Shown one piece after another: positions 9,876 through 20,600 of a stretch of DNA of 46,440 nt. Within the stretch, counting starts at the first letter, position 1, and each line of letters starts with the position of its first letter. Both the position numbers and the translations under genes were made by a program. The stretch is from Escherichia phage vB_EcoS_AHS24: sequence record NC_024784.1. One strand, 5' to 3'. Below the pieces are notes generated by a model that saw only the letters and a program-made list of their open reading frames with translations, made no database searches and was not told the DNA's origin.

Positions 9876-10263
9876 AATGATGGTTTCAGCAAGAAAGCTG
9901 GTTAGCGATGCGGCAGTTGATATTGCCGGCGGAGTTCCAGTGGCTTATGAGAACTGCGGATTCACCCCACCCAAAAACGGAAGTTTATGGTTGAAGTTTG
10001 ATTACACGGAGGTTGATAGTGTGACATGGGGATTGCAGCGAACATGCAGGTATTACGTAGGCATGGTTCAGGTCTCTATATTCTTTTCACCAGGTGAGGG
10101 GACTGATAGACCTCGCCAATTGGCTGGGCGATTGTCAGAAGCTTTCGCCGATGGTACAATGCTTGACAGCGGATACATTTATGAAGGCGGATCCGTATTT
10201 CCTCCAGTGAAATCGCAATCCGGCTGGTTCATTCCTGTCCGATTCTACGTACGTATGGATTAA
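9865..10263 (+). CDS. tail completion / terminator protein (putative)
   Basis: 132 aa immediately upstream of major tail protein. Confidence 0.45.
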   Translation: MHYEMMVSARKLVSDAAVDIAGGVPVAYENCGFTPPKNGSLWLKFDYTEVDSVTWGLQRTCRYYVGMVQVSIFFSPGEGTDRPRQLAGRLSEAFADGTMLDSGYIYEGGSVFPPVKSQSGWFIPVRFYVRMD

Positions 10264-10277
10264 TTAAGGAGATTTAC

Positions 10278-10928
10278 ATGGCCCATCTCAGCAATGGCAC
10301 ACAAATTTTTTTGCAAGGCTCTAAATCCGAATCGGTAGCCGTAACGGCTATCACTAACGCAGCTCAGCCAGTTATGACGGTAGATGACGCTTCAACTTTC
10401 GCAGCTGGTGACTTCATTGTTGTTGAGTCATCTTCATGGTCTAAACTTTCAGAGAAACAGTTGCGAGTAGTTACATCAACGGCTACAACAATTACCGTTG
10501 AAGGCATTGACACTACTGACCCGCTTCAGTTCCCAGCTGGCGGAACGGCATCGATCTACAAGGTTCTTACCTGGTATGAAATGCCTTGTGTTCAAGACGT
10601 TTCAACTGATGGCGGAGAGCAGCAGTTCGTTACTTATCAGTGCCTGGCTGATGACCGTGAGCAGCAGATTCCAACCTATAAGTCAGCGGTAAACACGACC
10701 TATACGTTTGCTCACGAGTTCACCAACCCGATCTACCCGGTACTCCGTAACTACGACGAGTCTGGCGCGCTGATTGCGATTCGTGCATACGTTCCTAAAG
10801 CTGGCGAAGTTCGACTTTGGACTGGCACTATCGCGTTTAACGAAACTCCAAACGTTTCCGTTAACGAGATCGAAACTGTATCCGTAGCAATTACGGTACG
10901 TGGACGCTATAGCTTCCTGGCTGCATAA
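10278..10928 (+). CDS. major tail protein
   Basis: 216 aa, strong RBS TAAGGAG, followed by terminator; precedes chaperone and tape measure genes. Confidence 0.65.
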   Translation: MAHLSNGTQIFLQGSKSESVAVTAITNAAQPVMTVDDASTFAAGDFIVVESSSWSKLSEKQLRVVTSTATTITVEGIDTTDPLQFPAGGTASIYKVLTWYEMPCVQDVSTDGGEQQFVTYQCLADDREQQIPTYKSAVNTTYTFAHEFTNPIYPVLRNYDESGALIAIRAYVPKAGEVRLWTGTIAFNETPNVSVNEIETVSVAITVRGRYSFLAA

Positions 10929-10935
10929 CAATCAA

Positions 10936-10959
10936 GCCCCTTCACAGGGGCTTTTTTTT
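10936..10959 (+). terminator. intrinsic terminator
   Basis: GCCCCT-tcac-AGGGGC + T8, after major tail protein. Confidence 0.75.
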
Positions 10960-11002
10960 ATGTTATAATTTCAACTCAAACAAACACGAGAGGATTATTT
11001 AA

Positions 11003-11317
11003 ATGGCGAAATTCAAATTAAAATTAGGCGCGCTCCCTGATTTCAAGCTTCCGGTTAAGTTCCAGATGATCAACGGCGAGGAAGCTGAGGTTATCTTCAA
11101 TGCCAAGCACCGTAAGGCTAAGGAGATTCAGGAAGTATTCCAGACCGAAGGCCTTAAGGATTTTGACTTTGTTAAAGAGATTTGCAGCGGCTGGAACCTT
11201 GAAGAAGAATTTAACGACGAGAACATCGAAGAGCTGGTATCTCTGTTCCCCGCATCCGTTCTGGCACTGACTAATGCTTACATGCAAGCTCTGGCGGGCC
11301 AGCGCGCAAAGGTCTAA
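11003..11317 (+). CDS. tail assembly chaperone (G-like)
   Basis: 104 aa acidic protein directly upstream of tape measure. Confidence 0.55.
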   Translation: MAKFKLKLGALPDFKLPVKFQMINGEEAEVIFNAKHRKAKEIQEVFQTEGLKDFDFVKEICSGWNLEEEFNDENIEELVSLFPASVLALTNAYMQALAGQRAKV

Positions 11318-11379
11318 AGCGCGCAGTATATCTACAGTATCAAAGAGAGCCAACGGACGCTGAACTTGAAGCCATTGGA

Positions 11380-11634
11380 ATGCGGCGTTCCGATTACGAA
11401 GATGAGGAGCCAGAGGAGTTACACTTCGATGATGACATGATGCTGGCATGGACTGTTTATCAGGCAGCTTCAACTCAATGGCGTGTAGGTATGAACGGCG
11501 CTACCGGAATAGATTATTCAGTACTCCCTTTCCTCTTTGATGTGTATAATGTCAAGGACAAAGAGATGACTTTAAATGACTTGCGAATACTGGAGTGCAA
11601 AGCACTTGAGATGATGCAAGTAAGGCAAAAATAA
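11380..11634 (+). CDS. tail assembly chaperone extension (T-like, -1 frame)
   Basis: ORF in -1 frame relative to upstream chaperone; frame stays open back across the chaperone stop (from ~11296). Confidence 0.4.
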   Translation: MRRSDYEDEEPEELHFDDDMMLAWTVYQAASTQWRVGMNGATGIDYSVLPFLFDVYNVKDKEMTLNDLRILECKALEMMQVRQK

Positions 11635-11657
11635 CCTCCCTTTGTGGAGGTTTTTTT
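11635..11657 (+). terminator. intrinsic terminator / attenuator before tape measure
   Basis: CCTCC-ctttgt-GGAGG + T7. Confidence 0.6.
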
Positions 11658-11668
11658 ATGGAGGTTAC

Positions 11669-14600
11669 ATGGCAGAATTTGCAGGTATCACTCTTGGCGT
11701 TGACGTTCGCCAGGTTGACCAGGGCATAAAGTCCCTGCAAGAATTTAAACGTGCCAATGAACAGGCGGCAGCTGGAGTTAGCGAGTTCGTTAACGCTGAG
11801 CTGGTTGCGAAGAATCAGGCTCGCGACACTGCAAGGTATCTTTCTGAGCAGAGAAGTGCTTTTCAGTCGCTTCAGTCTGCAATTGATCCAACAGCTTCAA
11901 AATTGCGAAAACTTCAAGATGCAGCAAGTTCTCTTGATAAGGCCTTCTCCGCAGGGGTTGTTCCAGAGGCTGAGTTTTACAGGCTTGGTGAAGCATTAGA
12001 AACGCAAACAAATAGGTTAATAAGGTCTAGGTCAGCATTAACTGAGGAGGGTAGGGCGGCTATAGAAGCTGCAAAAAATAAAGAGTCCGCTGAGAGGCAA
12101 GCGCAATCATTTATTAGGTCGCTTCAAGCGCAGGCTGATGCAGCGACATTAAGTAGGGATGAGTTCTTAAAGTTAAGGGCGGCACAGCTTGGAGTTAGCG
12201 ATCAGGCAGCACCAATAATAGATAGAATAACACAGGCATCAAGTAACAATACTAACGCTATAGCAAATCAAAGTAGGGCGTTTCAGGCGGCTGGGATATC
12301 TGCAGGTCAGTACAATCAGGCTTTAAGGTTCCTTCCTGTACAGATCAATGATATCACCAGCTCAATTGCTAACGGTATGCCTTTATTTATGGTGCTTACC
12401 CAGCAAATACCGCAGATTACAGATTCATTTGGTGGGTTTTCAAATACATTATCAGCTGCGCAAGGTGCAGTTATAGATTATGTATCATCAATAGGCGAGC
12501 TGAGAAGTTCATTTGCTGATGTTAGAACTCTTGGTAATGATGCTATCTTAAGGTTTGGTCGTGCTGCAACTATATTTGGTGGCGCGATAGTTGCTTCATT
12601 AGCTGTTCTTGGTAAAGCCGCTTACGACTCATTTATTGAGGTTAGGCAACTTAATAACGCGATAATTGAAACTGGAAGGTCGTCGACTTTATCAGTTGCC
12701 GCTATCAAGGATTACGCTGATCAGCTAAATGAAACATCAAGGGCAACAAAAGGTTCTATTGGTGACATTTACCAGTCGCTAGTATCAAACGGAAGGCTCA
12801 CTGTTAGTCAGATTAACTTAATCGCTAAGTCTGTTGCTAACCTTTCAGCTGTTAGTTCAAGGTCTGCGGAATCAATAATATCTGACTTTGATAAGATAGC
12901 AAAAGATCCAGTTAAGGGGCTGATAGAGTTAGATAAGCAATTTAACTTTCTTAGCGAAGGGCAGTTGACCCTAGTTAACAACCTAAAAGAAACGGAAGGG
13001 CAAACAGCAGCAGTAACAGCAGCTTTAGAAATATTTGCAGCTAGAAATGAGTCAGTTACAAAGCAGATTGAAGGCTCGCTTACACCTCTTGAATTGGCTT
13101 GGGGCGATTTCCGTAAGTTCGTTTCAGACACATGGGATGCTATAGGTGACAGGACTATAGGAGCTCTAAACCTATTTACTGACGTTATAGCTGCGACTAT
13201 TGAGCAAATAAGACTGATAATTGGCACTGGCGACAAGCTAATAAATGATTTCGTAATACGCGGAATAGAGGCTTTACAAAAGATACCAGGAGCATCTGGC
13301 GTTGGTAATGGAATAGCCGAACAACTAAGGAAGGATAATGACGCAATAGAAAAGGAAAACATAAGGCTAGCTAAATCTATCGCTGATAGGGATGCAAGGG
13401 TTCGCAGGGGCGAGACTGGTTACTTGAGTGTTGGAGAGGGTTCAGAAAGTCAAACTGGAACTTCTGATAGAGATTCAGAATCAAGAAGAAAGGCTTTGGC
13501 CGATGAGATTAAAGCAATTGAGGAGAGAAGTAAAAAGACAAAATCTGGAGCAAAAGAAGAGAGGGATTTGACTATAAGTTATGAGTCTGGCGTTCTAGCT
13601 CTGCAGGCTCAGCTTAAGGTTCTTCAGGAGCACCGCCAGATTAGTGATGTTATCAGTAACGAACGCAAACAGCTTTTTGCGGAGGAAGCTAAGTTTGCAA
13701 TCCTTAATGAAAGGCTTGCAGACGGAACCATCACAAAGCAACAGCGATCATTACTGTTGCAGCAGGATAAAATCTTAGGCCTTGCTCGAGAGAAGGCCGA
13801 GCTTGGTGATCAGATTGTATTGCAGGAGCGCGCCAATAAGTTACTTGATGACAATATCAAGAAGACTCGACAGATTAACGCTGAAGCGGCATCAATAAGT
13901 GCAGGTGCTGGATTGTCTCAGCGTGAAGCTGAAAGGCAGGCTACGCTAAAGGCACTTGAGGCGCAGCAACTATCTAAGGGTGGTAAACTTGATGCTCCAG
14001 ATTATACGGCACTAATTGAAGCGCAAAAAAACGCTTATGCACAGGAAGATGCGCTAAGAATGGACTTTGTCGCTGGTGCGAAAAGTGCCTTTATGGAGAT
14101 ACAGGAGCAAGTTACTGACTTTAACCAGATAGCGAGGGATTTGACTACAATTGCCTTCAATGGGCTTACGGACCAGATTACAAACCTGGTAACAACTGGA
14201 GAGGCTAACTTCAAGGAGTTTACCGCTTCAATTCTTAAACAGATTGCACGCATTGCTACGCAGCTGCTGTTTATTAAGGCTATCGAGTCAACAATTTCTA
14301 GTTTTGGTGGTGGTTCTGCTGGTAACTTGTTTAGCTCATTCTCTAGTGCAATAGGTTTTGCTTCTGGTGGTTATACTGGTAACGGTGGAAAGTATGAGCC
14401 AGCTGGCACTGTGCATAAAGGTGAATTCGTGTTTACTAAGGAGGCAACCTCAAGGATTGGAGTTGATAACCTTTATAAGTTAATGCGCGGATACGCAAAC
14501 GGCGGTGTCATTGGGTCTGGTCCTGGTTATGCTACTGGCGGACTTGTTGGCGGAAGCAACGTTAACGTTGGTGGTGTGAATGTTACAGTTCAAACAGGTA

Positions 14601-14722
14601 TCGGCAGCAGCAATGACGCCAAAGGGCTTGAGTCAGGCATTCGTGTTATCATAGCGGAAGAGATTACACAATCATTCCAGCAGGGTGGCGCGGCTTACCA
14701 GTTCTTGCGAGGTTATAGTTAA
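11669..14722 (+). CDS. tape measure protein
   Basis: ~1017 aa coiled-coil-rich protein with Gly-rich C-terminus; ORF track TTG start at 11642, ATG 11669 preferred. Confidence 0.9.
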   Translation: MAEFAGITLGVDVRQVDQGIKSLQEFKRANEQAAAGVSEFVNAELVAKNQARDTARYLSEQRSAFQSLQSAIDPTASKLRKLQDAASSLDKAFSAGVVPEAEFYRLGEALETQTNRLIRSRSALTEEGRAAIEAAKNKESAERQAQSFIRSLQAQADAATLSRDEFLKLRAAQLGVSDQAAPIIDRITQASSNNTNAIANQSRAFQAAGISAGQYNQALRFLPVQINDITSSIANGMPLFMVLTQQIPQITDSFGGFSNTLSAAQGAVIDYVSSIGELRSSFADVRTLGNDAILRFGRAATIFGGAIVASLAVLGKAAYDSFIEVRQLNNAIIETGRSSTLSVAAIKDYADQLNETSRATKGSIGDIYQSLVSNGRLTVSQINLIAKSVANLSAVSSRSAESIISDFDKIAKDPVKGLIELDKQFNFLSEGQLTLVNNLKETEGQTAAVTAALEIFAARNESVTKQIEGSLTPLELAWGDFRKFVSDTWDAIGDRTIGALNLFTDVIAATIEQIRLIIGTGDKLINDFVIRGIEALQKIPGASGVGNGIAEQLRKDNDAIEKENIRLAKSIADRDARVRRGETGYLSVGEGSESQTGTSDRDSESRRKALADEIKAIEERSKKTKSGAKEERDLTISYESGVLALQAQLKVLQEHRQISDVISNERKQLFAEEAKFAILNERLADGTITKQQRSLLLQQDKILGLAREKAELGDQIVLQERANKLLDDNIKKTRQINAEAASISAGAGLSQREAERQATLKALEAQQLSKGGKLDAPDYTALIEAQKNAYAQEDALRMDFVAGAKSAFMEIQEQVTDFNQIARDLTTIAFNGLTDQITNLVTTGEANFKEFTASILKQIARIATQLLFIKAIESTISSFGGGSAGNLFSSFSSAIGFASGGYTGNGGKYEPAGTVHKGEFVFTKEATSRIGVDNLYKLMRGYANGGVIGSGPGYATGGLVGGSNVNVGGVNVTVQTGIGSSNDAKGLESGIRVIIAEEITQSFQQGGAAYQFLRGYS

Positions 14723-14753
14723 TAATTGGGGCTTCGGCCCCTAAGGATTTAAA

Positions 14754-15104
14754 ATGGCATTAGAAACATTTCGCTGGTGTACTCAGGTTCAGGGCGGCTC
14801 AGCGAGCTTCACTAACGCGAATAACGTTAGGGTTGTTAGCTTTGGTAATGGTTATGAGCAAAGGGGAACTGGAGGTTACAGAACCAACAAACGCACTTAC
14901 AACATGACCTACACCAACACCAACTGGAAGGAAGTGTTAGACTTTTGTTTTGCACATATCATCACCCCGTTCGCATGGACGACTCCGCAGGGTGAGCTTA
15001 AGCTTTTTGTTGTTGCTCAGGACAGCATCAGCGTCACACCGAATACCAGGGAAGTGCAGACTGTATCAATGCAGTTTGTAGAAGTTTTCACCTCAATGCA
15101 GTAA
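14754..15104 (+). CDS. minor tail protein (lambda M-like)
   Basis: 116 aa immediately after tape measure. Confidence 0.55.
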   Translation: MALETFRWCTQVQGGSASFTNANNVRVVSFGNGYEQRGTGGYRTNKRTYNMTYTNTNWKEVLDFCFAHIITPFAWTTPQGELKLFVVAQDSISVTPNTREVQTVSMQFVEVFTSMQ

Positions 15105-15148
15105 ATAGCACGAATTGCTAAAGACAAAACTCAAGGATGAGTTATTAT
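15103..15148 (+). promoter_or_regulatory. promoter cassette copy (motif + 22 bp + TATTAT)
   Basis: AAATAGCACGAATTGCTAAA at 15103..15122; leader TTCATCGAGACGAGA follows; upstream of moron 15204. Confidence 0.6.
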
Positions 15149-15203
15149 GTATTCATCGAGACGAGATCGATAAACAAACAAAACAAACAACGAGGATTTA
15201 AAC

Positions 15204-15398
15204 ATGACTAACTTCCCTAAAGCTCAATTCGTACTGGTTTTCTTCCACAACGGCAAGCCTTTCGCAGAGACGATTGATAACACTGGTGATACACCAATGG
15301 TATACACTGGATACCATGACGTGTGGAATGAGCTTTCAGATGAGGATATTTCTTATTACACATCTAAAGCATCAAAAATTATCACTAGTGAAGATTGA
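15204..15398 (+). CDS. hypothetical protein (moron in tail module)
   Basis: 64 aa with own promoter cassette upstream and terminator downstream. Confidence 0.5.
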   Translation: MTNFPKAQFVLVFFHNGKPFAETIDNTGDTPMVYTGYHDVWNELSDEDISYYTSKASKIITSED

Positions 15399-15417
15399 TG
15401 TAAATTGAGATAAACTA

Positions 15418-15438
15418 AGACCCTACTGGGTCTTTTTA
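15418..15438 (+). terminator. intrinsic terminator
   Basis: AGACCC-tact-GGGTCT + T-run, after moron. Confidence 0.7.
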
Positions 15439-15451
15439 TTGGAGAAATATT

Positions 15452-16219
15452 ATGGCAACGCCATTAAGCACTAAGTTCGAGAATCAATTACAAAGCTTGT
15501 TCCCTGGTGAGGTTGTCACGTTGATTGAGGTTGACGGAGGAAAGTTTGGTGCACCAGTTTACCGCTTTCATGGGGAGAATATCAGCTATACCCCAGAAGA
15601 AATCATGATGGCGCAATCAACAGGCCAGCCCCTGCCAGCAAAGACAATTACTTTCCGTGGCGAAGAGTACGGCGCAAGGCCTTTTGGAATTCAGGGTATT
15701 AACATGACTTCTGACGGCAAGGCAAACAAGGTGACTCTGGTTGTATCCAACGTTGACCAGAACATCTCGGCGCTTATCCGCGCTTACAACGGACTTGTTC
15801 AAGCAAAGGTTACTATCTGGATCACGCTTCGCGAGAATATTAATGAAGATGGCACCATTGCTGATGGGGATTATCGCAAGCTGGTTTACTTCATCGAACG
15901 ACCTAAGCAGGTAGATTACAATACGGCGTCGTTTGAACTAACTAGCCCAATGGATATGGATGGTATTTACATTCCAGCACGACTGGTTCAGTCAGTTTGT
16001 TATTGGGCGCAGAGAGGACTTTACCGCTCAGGGAATGGATGTGACTATATGGGTGATAGGTATTTTGATAAAGACAACGTGCCTGTATCTGATCCATCAC
16101 AAGACTTTTGTGCCGGGACGGTTAGCGCTTGCCGGTTAAGGTTTGGTGAGAATAACCAACTATCATTTGGGGGTTGCGCTGCTGCAAGCCTGCAAGCGAA
16201 AGCCAACCAACAGACTTAA
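15452..16219 (+). CDS. minor tail protein (lambda L-like)
   Basis: 255 aa, synteny M-L-K-I-J. Confidence 0.6.
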   Translation: MATPLSTKFENQLQSLFPGEVVTLIEVDGGKFGAPVYRFHGENISYTPEEIMMAQSTGQPLPAKTITFRGEEYGARPFGIQGINMTSDGKANKVTLVVSNVDQNISALIRAYNGLVQAKVTIWITLRENINEDGTIADGDYRKLVYFIERPKQVDYNTASFELTSPMDMDGIYIPARLVQSVCYWAQRGLYRSGNGCDYMGDRYFDKDNVPVSDPSQDFCAGTVSACRLRFGENNQLSFGGCAAASLQAKANQQT

Positions 16220-16229
16220 GGGGGTATTC

Positions 16230-16976
16230 ATGTTAACACCTAAAGTAAAACTCGAAATATTTCGCCACGCCAACGAGGTTTACCCGCAAGAATCTTGCGG
16301 GGTTGTAACTCAGAAGGGGATGGCGCAGAAGTATCACAGGATTACCAACGTATCCAAAACACCAGAGCAATCATTCATTCTCGACCCAATGGAATTCATG
16401 GAGATTTCGGACAATGAAAGCGTTGTTTATGTTGTACATTCACATACTGGTGATGGCGCTACTACTAGGCCAAGCGCAGCTGATATTTGCAGCTGCAATG
16501 AGTGCGAGCTGCCTTATGTTATTGTTTCTATACCTGAAGGGGACTTACGGATTATTCAGCCAGAAAAGATGCCGCTTGCTGGTCGCCCATGGGGTCTTGG
16601 CAGCTTCGACTGCTGGGGTTTGGTTATGGAATTTCACAAGCTACACGGTGTTAAGCTTAACGATTATCGCGTAGATTATCAGTGGTGGACCAATGAATAC
16701 CCTGACAATATCTACGATGATAATTGGGAGTTAGAAGGGTTCGAATTAGTCAGAAGCAATGATATTCCAATTGGCTCAATGGTTATGATGCAGATTCAGA
16801 GCGAGAAGACCAACCACGCCGCCATATACATTGGTGACAATAAAATCCTACACCATTTATATGGTAAGATGAGTAAGGTTGATTTGTACGGCGATTACTA
16901 TCGTGAGCGGACTGTACGAATCGTAAGGCATAAAGATTTACCGGAGGATGCGGGTTATGACCCAGAACGTGATTGA
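16230..16976 (+). CDS. tail assembly protein K-like (MPN/JAB + NlpC/P60)
   Basis: HSHTGDGATTRPSAAD JAMM-like motif; Cys (GSFDCWG) and His (NHAAIYIG) of NlpC/P60; ATG 16230 with RBS. Confidence 0.7.
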   Translation: MLTPKVKLEIFRHANEVYPQESCGVVTQKGMAQKYHRITNVSKTPEQSFILDPMEFMEISDNESVVYVVHSHTGDGATTRPSAADICSCNECELPYVIVSIPEGDLRIIQPEKMPLAGRPWGLGSFDCWGLVMEFHKLHGVKLNDYRVDYQWWTNEYPDNIYDDNWELEGFELVRSNDIPIGSMVMMQIQSEKTNHAAIYIGDNKILHHLYGKMSKVDLYGDYYRERTVRIVRHKDLPEDAGYDPERD

Positions 16977-17523
16977 TGTTAAGCTGGGATTAGGCTTAGG
17001 CAGGAAGTTTGGAAAGCTACATAAACTGTGCGTTAAGACAGTTCCAGAGGCAATGCGAGCTCTCTCTGTAAACATCCCTGAATTTAAGGAATTCATGCGT
17101 AGCCATGTGGGCCAGAACACAAGGTTTGCTGTATTCGTTGACGGTAAGAATGTTAACGAGCACAAGATTAATGACCTTGAGACTGTACGTGAAATTAGGA
17201 TTATGCCAATCCCGCAAGGTCGAAAATCTGGCGGCTTATTCCAGACCATCCTTGGAGGTGTACTTTTGGTGGCATCATACTTCTTTCCTGTTCTTTTGCC
17301 AGTGGCTGTAGGCCTCCTTGCTGGTGGAGTGGCTCAGTTATTGGCTCCACAAGCTACAGGATTGAATGACCAGGCATCACAAACAAGCAACCGAGCATCA
17401 TACGCATTCGGCTCAGCAGTAAATACAATTGCGGCAGGCAACCCCGTTTGCTTACCTTATGGTTACAGGACTGTTGGTGGAGCTGTATTTTCGGCAGGCT
17501 CATATTCCGAGGACATTAGTTAA
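16957..17523 (+). CDS. tail assembly protein I-like
   Basis: C-terminal hydrophobic Gly/Ala-rich segment; synteny before J. Confidence 0.55.
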   Translation: MTQNVIDVKLGLGLGRKFGKLHKLCVKTVPEAMRALSVNIPEFKEFMRSHVGQNTRFAVFVDGKNVNEHKINDLETVREIRIMPIPQGRKSGGLFQTILGGVLLVASYFFPVLLPVAVGLLAGGVAQLLAPQATGLNDQASQTSNRASYAFGSAVNTIAAGNPVCLPYGYRTVGGAVFSAGSYSEDIS

Positions 17524-17530
17524 AATCACA

Positions 17531-17552
17531 ACCCGCCTAGTGCGGGTTTTTT
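17531..17552 (+). terminator. intrinsic terminator
   Basis: ACCCGC-ctagt-GCGGGT + T6. Confidence 0.75.
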
Positions 17553-17603
17553 ATTTAGTGTAGAATGGCACAAATGGTTAAACAAACAACGAGGTTATAT
17601 GAT

Positions 17604-20600
17604 ATGGCCGATTTGCCAAAGATTTATGGAAGCAAGGGTGGTAGCAAGAAGCCGCACACGCCTGTAGAGCAAGAAGATAACCTGATTTCACTTAACAAGA
17701 TTAAGGTGCTACTGGCTGTAGCTGATGGCGAAGTTGATTCTAGCTTCTCACTTAAGGATGTTTACCTTGCTGACGTTCCAGTACAGAACCAGGATAACTC
17801 ATTCAACTATGAAGGTGTGACAGCTGAGTTTCGCGCCGGCACTCAATCCCAAGATTACATCGCAGGACTAGATGGCGCGACATCAGAGATTCAGGTTAGT
17901 CGTGAAATTAACAAAGACACACCTTACATCATCGCAGTTAACAACAGTCAGCTATCAGCAATCCGCGTTAAACTGTTCTGGCCTCGACTCGTTAAGCAAG
18001 AAGAGAATGGAGATTTAAATGGAACAACATGTGAATATGCAATCGATTTATCAGTTAATGGCGCAGCGTACACGGAATATACCAGAGGCGTGGCTAACGG
18101 TAAAACTACAACAGGTTACGACCGCAGCATCAGGGTTAACCTACCAGCCGAGTTTAGCAGCGCTCTTGTTCGTATTAGGAAGTTAACGCCAGACTCAACA
18201 AGTAGCACTCTGGTTAACGGAATGCAGATTACAACCTATCAGGAAGTAATCGACGCTAAGTTCCGCTACCCTCTTACGGCACTTGTTTATGTGGAGTTCA
18301 GTTCTGACCTGTTCCCTAATGGCATCCCAACGATAGCCATTAAGAAAAAGTGGAAGCTTATCCGTGTGCCGACAAACTACAATCCAGAGACAAGAACTTA
18401 TAGCGGAGCATGGAATGGAACCTTTAAAATGGCATGGTCTGACAACCCGGCCTGGGTTTTATATGACCTGGTGGTTAGCCAGCGTTACGGTTTAGATCAG
18501 CGAGAACTTGGTGTTGAGATTGATAAATGGGGTCTGTATGAAGCAGCGCAATTCTGCGACCAGATGGTTCCTGATGGTAAGGGTGGAATGGAGCCGCGAT
18601 ATACTTGTAACGTTGTCATTCAGCAGAAAGTGGAAGCGTATCAGCTTATTCGTGACATCTGTTCTATCTTCCGCGGTTTAACCTTCTATGATGGTGAGCA
18701 AATCGGGATTGTTGTAGACAGGCCGCGCCAGCCAAGCTATGTGTTCACTAATGATAACGTTGTTGATGGATTGTTTAACAGGACATTCTCTAGCGACAAG
18801 AGCCTTTACACGACAGCCAACGTTCAGTTTGATGACGAGCAGAACAACTACCAGCAGGACGTAGAGCCAGTATTCGACTTAGAAGCAACACGCCGATTTG
18901 GTTACAACCCTGTAGACTTGACTGCAATTGGCTGCGTAAGGCGAAGCGAGGCTAACCGCCGTGGTCGTTGGTTGCTGAAAACAAACCTTCGCAGTGAAAC
19001 GGTAACGTTCACAACTGGCCTCGAAGGCATGATTCCTATGATTGGTGATGTAATTGCTGTTAATGACCAGGCATGGTCAAGCAACTACACATTAAACCTT
19101 TCTGGTCGAATTGTTGAAGCTACAGGTTTGCAGGTCTTCGTACCATTCGCTATTGATGCTGACCCTGGCGACAGGATTTTAATCAACAAGCCAGATGGGA
19201 GCCCAGAGTACAGGACTATCGCTTCAGTATCTGCCGATAAGTTGACGCTTGAACTGAATACAGCATTCAGCTTCACACCTCAGCCGGATACGGTATTTGC
19301 AATCGACAAGCAGAATCTGGCGTTGCAGCAATACGTTGTGACAGGAATTCAAAAAGCAAACACGGACGGCGAGGATTCATTCCAGTACAGCATCACTGCG
19401 GTGCAGTATGACCCGAACAAGTATGACGAGATTGACTATGGTGTGAATATTGACGACAGGCCAACAAGTATCGTTGACCCTGACAGGATTTTGCCACCTG
19501 AAAATATCACCGTTACTAGTTACAGCAAGGTAGTTCAGGGTTTAAGCGTTGAGACGATGGTTATTGGTTACGACAAGGTGCAGTATGCGAAAACATACAA
19601 CGTACAATGGCGTAAGAACAATGGTAACTGGATTAACGTACCAGAGACGGCTAACACCGAGGTTGATATTGAAGGAATTTACGCTGGCATCTACGACGTA
19701 AGGGTTCGTGCCGTAACTGACCAGAAATCAGTATCTGCCTGGTCTGATATAACGACAGTTAGCCTGACCGGCAAGATTGGTGAACCTTCGGAGCCGCCTG
19801 TAATTACCGCATCTGATGATGAGGTTTTCGGGATTAGGGTTAAGTGGGGTTTTCCTACTGATTCAGCTGACACTGCGTACACTGAGCTTCAGCAGGTTCC
19901 TGATAATGGTGACGGTACATACAATCCAGAGAGCGCATCGCTGCTTACACTGGTTCCGTATCCTCAGTACGAATACTGGCACACCACTTTACCAGCAGGT
20001 AACGTGAGGTGGTACAGAGCGAGGATTATTGACAGGATAGGTAACGTATCGCCATGGACTGATTTTGTAAGGGGCATGGCATCTGACGACGTAAGTGCAA
20101 TAATTGGTGATATCAAGGTTGATATCGAAAGCTCTGATGGTTACAAGTACCTACTTCAGAACGCCATTGATGCAAACACGGATATCCAGAATCAGGCTGA
20201 GGCAATTATAGAGAACGCCCTGGCAAACGATACTGACGTTCGCGTTATGAAGCGCGAGAATGGCGCAAGGAAGGCTGAATATCGTCAGGCTGTAAGTTTG
20301 ATTGCTGATGAAACTCAGGCCCGTGTGGACGCTCTCACGCAGCTTAAAGCGCAGATTGATGATGAGATTGTTGGTCAGATTACGACAATTGAAACCGCGC
20401 TTGCTACGGAGACCGAAGCCAGGGCTACAGCTGATACTCAATTAAGCGCAAGGCTTGGTGATAACGAGGCGGCTTTGAATCAGAAGCTTGACTCTTACGC
20501 TACGGTTGAAGGGGTTGGTGTTCAGTACGGCGTTAAGCTTGGCCTGAAGTACAATGGAGTTGAGTACGGCGCTGGAATGAGCATGGAGTTAACTGGTAGT

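Noticed and set aside
11024-11473. 149-aa reverse-strand ORF overlapping the tail chaperone genes
   Set aside because: Antisense shadow ORF; plus-strand genes have RBS and synteny support.
12808-13362. 184-aa reverse-strand ORF inside the tape measure gene
   Set aside because: Antisense to an uninterrupted 3-kb ORF; Ser-rich low-complexity translation.
14725-14745. Hairpin GGGGC-TTCG-GCCCC after the tape measure gene as a terminator
   Set aside because: No downstream T-run (followed by TAAGGATTT); more likely a stabilising stem-loop within the operon.
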